DNA of 64,000 bases, from the NCBI RefSeq assembly GCF_964355755.1, contig NC_092671.1, positions 22,027,317-22,091,316 of the forward strand, read 5' to 3'. Position 1 is the stretch's first letter. Every line of letters starts with the position of its first letter. Under the pieces are notes generated by a model that ran no database searches, was not told where the DNA came from, and was given only the letters and a program-made list of their open reading frames with translations. This DNA comes from Antedon mediterranea (taxonomy: Eukaryota; Animalia; Echinodermata). The position numbers and the translations under genes were made by a program. Of this stretch, positions 54,838 through 64,000 are shown piece after piece.

Positions 54838-57800
54838 TCAAAGTGTACAGAATAGCTTCAAATCGCATTTGGAGACGTTTTAGACCATTTTGTGATTTTC
54901 GAAAAAACTTGTTAACATAAAAACACCAAAGTGCTTAGAATAGCTTCAAATCGCATTTGGAGACGTTTTAAAGCATTTTGTGATTTTCGAAAAAACTTGT
55001 TAACATAAAAACACCAAAATGTTTAGAATAGCTTCAAATCGCATTTGGAGACGTTTTAGACCATTTTGTGATTTTCGAAAAAACTTGTTAACACAAAAAC
55101 ACAAAAGTTATTAGAATAGCTTCAAATCGCATTTGGAGACGTTTTAGACCATTTTGTGCATTTCGATGAAACTTGGTTACGCAAAAACATCAAAGTGCTT
55201 AAAATCACATTATAAACCGTTTTAGACCATTTTGAGCATATCGATAACACTTTTCACACAAAAACATCAAAGAGCACAATATAGCTTAATATCGTATTTA
55301 AAAACGTTTTAGACCATTTTGAGCATTTCGACAAAACTTTTTCACACAAAACACCAAAGTGCTTAGAATAGCTTCAAATCGCATTTGGAGACGTTTTAGA
55401 CCATTTTGTGATTTTCGAAAAAACTTGTTAACATAAAAACATCAAAGTGCTAAGAATAGCTTCAAATCGAATTTGGAGACATTTTAGACCAATTTGTGAT
55501 TTTCGAAAAAACTTGGTTACACAAAAACATCAAAGTGGTTAAAATCACATTATAAACCGTTTTAGACCATTTTGAGCATTTCGATAACACTTTTCACACA
55601 AAAACATCAAAGTGCTTAGAATAGCTTAAAATCGCATTTGGAGACGTTTTAGACCATTTTGTGATTTTCGAAAAAAACTTTTTAACATAAAAACACCAAA
55701 CTGCTAAGAATAGCTTCAAATCGCATATGGAGACAATTTAGACCATTTTGTGATTTTCGAAAAAACTTGTTAACATAAAAACACCAAAGTGCTTAGAATA
55801 CCTTCAAATCGCATTTGGAGACATTTTAGACCATTTTGTGATTTTCGAAAAGACTTGTTAACATAAAAACATCAAAGTGCTAAGAATAGCTTCCAATCGC
55901 ATTTGGAGACGTTTTAGACCATTTTGTGATTTTCGAAAACAACTTGTTAACATAAAAACACCAAAATGCTTAGTATAGCTTCAAATCGCATTTGGAGACG
56001 TTTTAGACCAATTTGTGATTTTCGAAAAAACTTGGTTACACAAAAACATCAAAGTGGATAAAATCACATTATAAACCGTTTTAGACCATTTTGAGCATAT
56101 CGATAACACTTTTCACACAAAAACATCAAAGAGCACAATATAGCTTAATATCGTATTTAAAAACGTTTTAGACCATTTTGAGCATTTCGACAAAACTTTT
56201 TCACACAAAACACCAAAGTGCTTAGAATAGCTTCAAATCGCATTTGGAGACGTTTTAGACCATTTTGTGATTTTCGAAAAAACTTGTTAACATAAAAACA
56301 TCAAAGTGCTAAGAATAGCTTCAAATCGAATTTGGAGACATTTTAGACCAATTAGTGATTTTCGAAAAAACTTGGTTACACAAAAACATCAAAGTGGTTA
56401 AAATCACATTATAAACCGTTTTAGACCATTTTGAGCATTTCGATAACACTTTTCACACAAAAACATCAAAGTGCTTAGAATAGCTTCAAATCGCATTTGG
56501 AGACGTTTTAGACCATTTTGTGATTTTCGAAAAAAACTTTTTAACATAAAAACACCAAACTGCTAAGAATAGCTTCAAATCGCATATGGAGACAATTTAG
56601 ACCATTTTGTGATTTTCGAAAAAACTTGTTAACATAAAAACACCAAAGTGCTTAGAATACCTTCAAATCGCATTTGGAGACGTTTTAGACCATTTTGTGA
56701 TTTTCCAAAAAACTTGTTAACATAAAAACATCAAAGTGTACAGAATAGCTTCAAATCGCATTTGGAGACGTTTTAGACCATTTTGTGATTTTCGAAAAAA
56801 CTTGTTAACATAAAAACACCAAAGTGCTTAGAATAGCTTCAAATCGCATTAGGAGACGTTTTAGACCATTTTGTGATTTTCGAAAAAACTTGTTAACATA
56901 AAAACACCAAAGTGCTTAGAATAGCTTCAAATCGCATTTGGAGACGTTTTAGACCATTTTGTGATTTTCGAAAAAACTTGTTAACATAAAAACACCAAAA
57001 TGTTTAGAATAGCTTCAAATCACATTTGGAGACGTTTTAGACCATTTTGTGATTTTCGAAAAAACTTGTTAACACAAAAACACCAAAGTGATTAGAATAG
57101 CTTCAAATCGCATTTGGAGACGTTTTAGACCAATTTGTGCATTTCGATGAAACTTGGTTACGCAAAAACATCAAAGTGCTTAAAATCACATTATAAACCG
57201 TTTTAGACCATTTTGAGCATATCGATAACACTTTTCACACAAAAACATCAAAGAGCACAATATAGCTTAATATCTTATTTAAAAACGTTTTAGACCATTT
57301 TGAGCATTTCGACAAAACTTTTTCACACAAAACACCAAAGTGCTTAGAATAGCTTCAAATCGCATTTGGAGACGTTTTAGACCATTTTGTGATTTTCGAA
57401 AAAACTTGTTAACATAAAAACATCAAAGTGCTAAGAATAGCTTCAAATCGCATTTGGAGACATTTTAGACCAATTAGTGAATTTCGAAAAAACTTGGTTA
57501 CACAAAAACATCAAAGTGGTTAAAATCACATTATAAACCGTTTTAGACCATTTTGAGCATTTCGATAACACTTTTCACACAAAAACATCAAAGTGCTTAG
57601 AATAGCTTCAAATCGCATTTGGAGACGTTTTAGACCATTTTGTGATTTTCGAAAAAAACTTTTTAACATAAAAACACCAAACTGCTAAGAATAGCTTCAA
57701 ATCGCATATGGAGACAATTTAGACCATTTTGTGATTTTCGAAAAAACTTGTTAACATAAAAACACCAAAGTGCTAAGAATAGCTTCAAATCGCATATGGA

Positions 57801-57863
57801 GACAATTTAGACCATTTTGTGATTTTCGAAAAAAACTTGTTAACATAAAAACACCAAAGTGCT

Positions 57864-60800
57864 TAGAATACCTTCAAATCGCATTTGGAGACGTTTAAGA
57901 CCATTTTGTGATTTTCGAAAAAACTTGTTAACATAAAAACACCAAAGTGCTTAGAATAGCTTCAATTCGCATTTGGAGACGTTTTAGACCAATTTGTGAT
58001 TTTCGAAAAAACTTGGTTACACAAAAACATCAAAGTGGATAAAAGCACATTATAAACCGTTTTAGACCATTTTGAGCATTTCGATAACACATTTCACACA
58101 AAAACATCAAAGAGCACAAAATAGCTTAATATCGTATTTAAAAACGTTTTAAACCATTTTGAGCATTTCGACAAAACTTTTTCACACAAAACACCAAAGT
58201 GTACAGAATAGCTTCAAATCGCATTTGGAGACGTTTTAGACCATTTTGTGATTTTCGAAAAAACTTGTTAATATAAAAACACCAAAGTACTTAGAATAGC
58301 TTCAAATCGCATTTGGAGACGTTTTAGACCATTTTGTGATTTTCGAAAAAACTTGTTAACATAAAAACATCAAAGTGCTAAGAATAGCTTCCAATCGCAT
58401 TTGGAGACATTTTAGACCAATTTGTGATTTTCGAAAAAACTTGGTTACACAAAAACATCAAAGTGCTTAAAATCACATTATAAACCGTTTTAGACCATTT
58501 TGAGCATTTCGATAACACATTTCACACAAAAACATCAAAGAGCACAAAATAGCTTAATATCGTATTTAAAAACGTTTTAAACCATTTTGAGCATTTCGAC
58601 AAAACTTTTTCACACAAAACACCAAAGTGTTTAGAAAAGCTTCAAATCGCATTTGGAGACGTTTTAGACCATTTTGGGATTTTCGAAAAAACTTGTTAAC
58701 ATAAAAACACCAAAGTGCTTAGAATAGCTTCAAATCGCATTTGGAGACGTTTTAGACCATTTTGTAATTTTCGAAAAAACTTGTTAACATAAAAACACCA
58801 AAATGTTTAGAATAGCTTCAAATCGCATTTGGAGACGTTTTAGACCATTTTGTGTTTTCGAAAAAACTTGTTAACACAAAAACACCAAAGTGATTAGAAT
58901 AGCTTCAAATCGCATTTGGAGACGTTTTAGACCATTTTGTGATTTTCGAAAAAACTTGTTAACATAAAAACACCAAAGTGATTAGAATAGCTTCAAATCG
59001 CATTTGGAGACGTTTTAGACCATTTTGTGCATTTCGATGAAACTTGGTTACGCAAAAACATCAAAGTAATAATCACATTATAAACAGTTTTAGACCATTT
59101 TGAGCATATCGATAAAACTTTTTACACAAAACACCAAAGTGCTTAGAATAGCTTCAAATCGCATTTGGAGACGTTTTAGACCATTTTGTGATTTTCGACA
59201 AAACTTTTTCACACAAAACACCAAAGTGCTTAGAATACCTTCAAATCGCATTTGGAGACGTTTTAGACCATTTTGTGATTTTCGAAAAAACTTGTTAACA
59301 TAAAAACATCAAAGTGTACAGAATAGCTTCAAATCGCATTTGGAGACGTTTTAGACCATTTTGTGATTTTCGAAAAAACTTCTTAACATAAAAACACCAA
59401 AGTGCTTAGAATAGCTTCAAATCGCATTGGGAGACGTTTTAGACCATTTTGTTATTTTCGAAAAAACTTGTTAACATAAAAACACCAAAATGTTTAGAAT
59501 AGCTTCAAATCGCATTTGTAGACGTTTTAGACCATTTTGTGATTTTCGAAAAAACTTGTTAACACAAAAACACCAAAGTGATTAGAATAGCTTCAAATCG
59601 CATTTGGAGACGTTTTAGACCATTTTGTGCATTTCGATGAAACTTGGTTACGCAAAAACATCAAAGTGCTTAAAATCACATTATAAACCGTTTTAGACCA
59701 TTTTGAGCATATCGATAACACTTTTCACACAAAAACATCAAAGAGCACAATATAGCTTAATATCGTATTTAAAAACGTTTTAGACCATTTTGAGCAATTC
59801 GACAAAACTTTTTCACACAAAACACCAAAGTGCTTAGAATAGCTTCAAATCGCATTTGGAGACGTTTTAGACCATTTTGTGATTTTCGAAAAAACTTGTT
59901 AACATAAAAACATCAAAGGGCTAAGAATAGCTTCAAATCGCATTTGGAGACATTTTAGACCAATTAGTGATTTTCGAAAAAACTTGGTTACACAAAAACA
60001 TCAAAGTGGTTAAAATCACATTATAAACCGTTTTAGACCATTTTGAGCATATCGATAAAATTTTTTACACAAAAACATCAAAGAGCACAAAATAGCTTAA
60101 TATCGTATTTGGAAACGTTTTAGAACATTTTGTGATTTTCGAAAAAACTTGTTAACATAAAACACCAAAGTGTACAGAATAGCTTCAAATCGCATTTGGA
60201 GACATTTTAGACCAATTTGTGATTTTCGAAAAAACTTGTTAACATAAAAACACCAAAGTGCTAAGAATAGCTTCAAATCGCATTTGGAGACATTTTAGAC
60301 CAATTTGTGATTTTCGAAAAAACTTGGTTACACAAAAACATCAAAGTGCTTAAAATCACATTATAAAACCGTTTTAGACCATTTTGAGCATTTCGATAAC
60401 ACTTTTCACACAAAAACATCAAAGAGCATAAAATAGGTTAATATCGTATTTAAAAACGTTTTAGACCATTTTGAGCATTTCGATGAAACTTGGTTACGCA
60501 AAAACATCAAAGTGCTTAAAATCACATTATAAACCGTTTTAGACCATTTTGAGCATATCGATAAAATTTTTTACACAAAAACATCAAAGAGCACAAAATA
60601 GCTTAATATCGTATTTGGAAACGTTTTAGAACATTTTGTGATTTTCGAAAAAACTTGTTAACGTAAAACACCAAAGTGTACAGAATAGCTTCAAATCGCA
60701 TTTGGAGACATTTTAGACCAATTTGTGATTTTCGAAAAAACTTGTTAACATAAAAATACCAAAGTGCTTAGAATACCTTCAAATCGCATTTGGAGACGTT

Positions 60801-63674
60801 TAAGACCATTTTGTGATTTTCGAAAAAACTTGTTAACATAAAAACACCAAAGTGCTTAGAATAGCTTCAAATCGCATTTGGAGACGTTTTAGACCAATTT
60901 GTGATTTTCGAAAAAACTTGGTTACACAAAAACATCAAAGTGGATAAAAGCACATTATAAACCGTTTTAGACCATTTTGAGCATTTCGATAACACATTTC
61001 ACACAAAAACATCAAAGAGCACAAAATAGCTTAATATCGTATTTAAAAACGTTTTAAACCATTTTGAGCATTTCGACAAAACTTTTTCACACAAAACACC
61101 AAAGTGTACAGAATAGCTTCAAATCGCATTTGGAGACGTTTTAGACCATTTTGTGATTTTCGAAAAAACTTGTTAATATAAAAACACCAAAGTACTTAGA
61201 ATAGCTTCAAATCGCATTTGGAGACGTTTTAGACCATTTTGTGATTTTCGAAAAAACTTGTTAACATAAAAACATCAAAGTGCTAAGAATAGCTTCCAAT
61301 CGCATTTGGAGACATTTTAGACCAATTTGTGATTTTCGAAAAAACTTGGTTACACAAAAACATCAAAGTGCTTAAAATCACATTATAAACCGTTTTAGAC
61401 CATTTTGAGCATTTCGATAACACATTTCACACAAAAACATCAAAGAGCACAAAATAGCTTAATATTGTATTTAAAAACGTTTTAAACCATTTTGAGCATT
61501 TCGACAAAACTTTTTCACACAAAACACCAAAGTGTTTAGAAAAGCTTCAAATCGCATTTGGAGACGTTTTAGACCATTTTGGGATTTTCGAAAAAACTTG
61601 TTAACATAAAAACACCAAAGTGCTTAGAATAGCTTCAAATCGCATTTGGAGACGTTTTAGACCATTTTGTAATTTTCGAAAAAACTTGTTAACATAAAAA
61701 CACCAAAATGTTTAGAATAGCTTCAAATCGCATTTGGAGACGTTTTAGACCATTTTGTGATTTTCGAAAAAACTTGTTAACACAAAAACACCAAAGTGAT
61801 TAGAATAGCTTCAAATCGCATTTGGAGACGTTTTAGACCATTTTGTGATTTTCGAAAAAACTTGTTAACATAAAAACACCAAAGTGATTAGAATAGCTTC
61901 AAATCGCATTTGGAGACGTTTTAGACCATTTTGTGCATTTCGATGAAACTTGGTTACGCAAAAACATCAAAGTAATAATCACATTATAAACAGTTTTAGA
62001 CCATTTTGAGCATATCGATAAAACTTTTTACACAAAACACCAAAGTGCTTAGAATAGCTTCAAATCGCATTTGGAGACGTTTTAGACCATTTTGTGATTT
62101 TCGACAAAACTTTTTCACACAAAACACCAAAGTGCTTAGAATACCTTCAAATCGCATTTGGAGACGTTTTAGACCATTTTGTGATTTTCGAAAAAACTTG
62201 TTAACATAAAAACATCAAAGTGTACAGAATAGCTTCAAATCGCATTTGGAGACGTTTTAGACCATTTTGTGATTTTCGAAAAAACTTGTTAACATAAAAA
62301 CACCAAAGTGCTTAGAATAGCTTCAAATCGCATTAGGAGACGTTTTAGACCATTTTGTTATTTTCGAAAAAACTTGTTAACATAAAAACACCAAAATGTT
62401 TAGAATAGCTTCAAATCGCATTTGTAGACGTTTTAGACCATTTTGTGATTTTCGAAAAAACTTGTTAACACAAAAACACCAAAGTGATTAGAATAGCTTC
62501 AAATCGCATTTGGAGACGTTTTAGACCATTTTGTGCATTTCGATGAAACTTGGTTACGCAAAAACATCAAAGTGCTTAAAATCACATTATAAACCGTTTT
62601 AGACCATTTTGAGCATATCGATAACACTTTTCACACAAAAACATCAAAGAGCACAATATAGCTTAATATCGTATTTAAAAACGTTTTAGACCATTTTGAG
62701 CAATTCGACAAAACTTTTTCACACAAAACACCAAAGTGCTTAGAATAGCTTCAAATCGCATTTGGAGACGTTTTAGACCATTTTGTGATTTTCGAAAAAA
62801 CTTGTTAACATAAAAACATCAAAGGGCTAAGAATAGCTTCAAATCGCATTTGGAGACATTTTAGACCAATTAGTGATTTTCGAAAAAACTTGGTTACACA
62901 AAAACATCAAAGTGGTTAAAATCACATTATAAACCGTTTTAGACCATTTTGAGCATATCGATAAAATTTTTTACACAAAAACATCAAAGAGCACAAAATA
63001 GCTTAATATCGTATTTGGAAACGTTTTAGAACATTTTGTGATTTTCGAAAAAACTTGTTAACATAAAACACCAAAGTGTACAGAATAGCTTCAAATCGCA
63101 TTTGGAGACATTTTAGACCAATTTGTGATTTTCGAAAAAACTTGTTAACATAAAAACACCAAAGTGCTAAGAATAGCTTCAAATCGCATTTGGAGACATT
63201 TTAGACCAATTTGTGATTTTCGAAAAAACTTGGTTACACAAAAACATCAAAGTGCTTAAAATCACATTATAAAACCGTTTTAGACCATTTTGAGCATTTC
63301 GATAACACTTTTCACACAAAAACATCAAAGAGCATAAAATAGGTTAATATCGTATTTAAAAACGTTTTAGACCATTTTGAGCATTTCGATGAAACTTGGT
63401 TACGCAAAAACATCAAAGTGCTTAAAATCACATTATAAACCGTTTTAGACCATTTTGAGCATATCGATAAAATTTTTTACACAAAAACATCAAAGAGCAC
63501 AAAATAGCTTAATATCGTATTTGGAAACGTTTTAGAACATTTTGTGATTTTCGAAAAAACTTGTTAACATAAAACACCAAAGTGTACAGAATAGCTTCAA
63601 ATCGCATTTGGAGACATTTTAGACCAATTTGTGATTTTCGAAAAAACTTGTTAACATAAAAACACCAAAGTGCT
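57864..63674 (+). repeat. Tandem ~2906-bp higher-order repeat (57864-60768 / 60769-63674) with several substitutions between copies
   Basis: GTTTAAGACC occurs at 57893/60798 and ORFs 59100 and 62006 differ by 2906. Monomer order is the same, and the copies diverge at GTGCTTA vs GTGCTAA (60769/63675). Confidence 0.85.
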
Positions 63675-64000
63675 AAGAATAGCTTCAAATCGCATTTGGA
63701 GACATTTTAGACCAATTTGTGATTTTCGAAAAAACTTGGTTACACAAAAACATCAAAGTGCTTAAAATCACATTATAAAACCGTTTTAGACCATTTTGAG
63801 CATTTCGATAACACTTTTCACACAAAAACATCAAAGAGCATAAAATAGGTTAATATCGTATTTAAAAACGTTTTAGACCATTTTGAGCATTTCGATGAAA
63901 CTTGGTTACGCAAAAACATCAAAGTGCTTAAAATCACATTATAATAGCTTCAAATCGCATTTGGAGACGTTTTAGACCATTTTGTGATTTTCGAAAAAAC

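Larger units (their letters stand above)
1..64000 (+). repeat. Tandem satellite DNA array, 88-bp basic monomer with 78/86/87-bp variant monomers; candidate centromeric/pericentromeric satellite; runs off both window ends
   Basis: The motif TTTTAGACCATTT and the TCGA core recur every 77-89 bp from base 1 to base 64000, always on the same strand. Example spacing: TTTTCG at 2061, 2149, 2237 (88 bp). Consensus composition is A32 T28 C14 G14. No non-repeat sequence was seen. Confidence 0.99.

Noticed and set aside
1-64000. CRISPR array or other repeat-spacer system
   Set aside because: There are no unique spacers. The whole unit is repeated and variation is limited to substitutions and small indels. 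No cas genes or leader are present.
1-64000. Strand-biased CpG decay (CpG>CpA variants TTCAAAA, GACATTT, AATCAC common; CpG>TpG rare at 6810, 23179, 61466)
   Set aside because: The common variants are amplified copies of a handful of events. Independent counts are too few to support asymmetry or any conclusion about methylation.
1-64000. tRNA/5S/snRNA tandem genes, telomeric repeat, or transposon termini
   Set aside because: I saw no cloverleaf or convincing pol III A/B boxes, no short G-rich telomeric unit, and no terminal inverted repeats, LTRs or target-site duplications. No inversion of the array was seen.

Overview
The whole 64 kb window is one uninterrupted, head-to-tail, single-orientation tandem satellite array with about 32% GC in the consensus and roughly 730-750 monomers. 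I found no credible gene, RNA gene, transposon, CRISPR array or unique sequence. The dominant monomer (A) is 88 bp: TTTTCGAAAAAACTTGTTAACATAAAAACACCAAAGTGCTTAGAATAGCTTCAAATCGCATTTGGAGACGTTTTAGACCATTTTGTGA. It is interspersed with related types B (78 bp, lacking exactly GAATAGCTTC), C (87 bp), D (87 bp) and E (86 bp), which follow an ordered A(n)-B-C-D syntax. Diagnostic variants reveal nested duplications of 164, 430, 440, 506, 779, 1220, 1295, 2906 and 3027 bp, units of about 7.2-9.3 kb, and a non-adjacent 4.8 kb copy 35,680 bp away. This organisation is typical of eukaryotic centromeric or pericentromeric satellite. I do not recognise the family or organism, and centromere function cannot be shown from sequence. 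All listed ORFs are by-products of the repeat. I see no novel gene system; the points of interest are array architecture and mutational signatures. Coordinates and offsets were counted by eye, and block ends are approximate unless stated.
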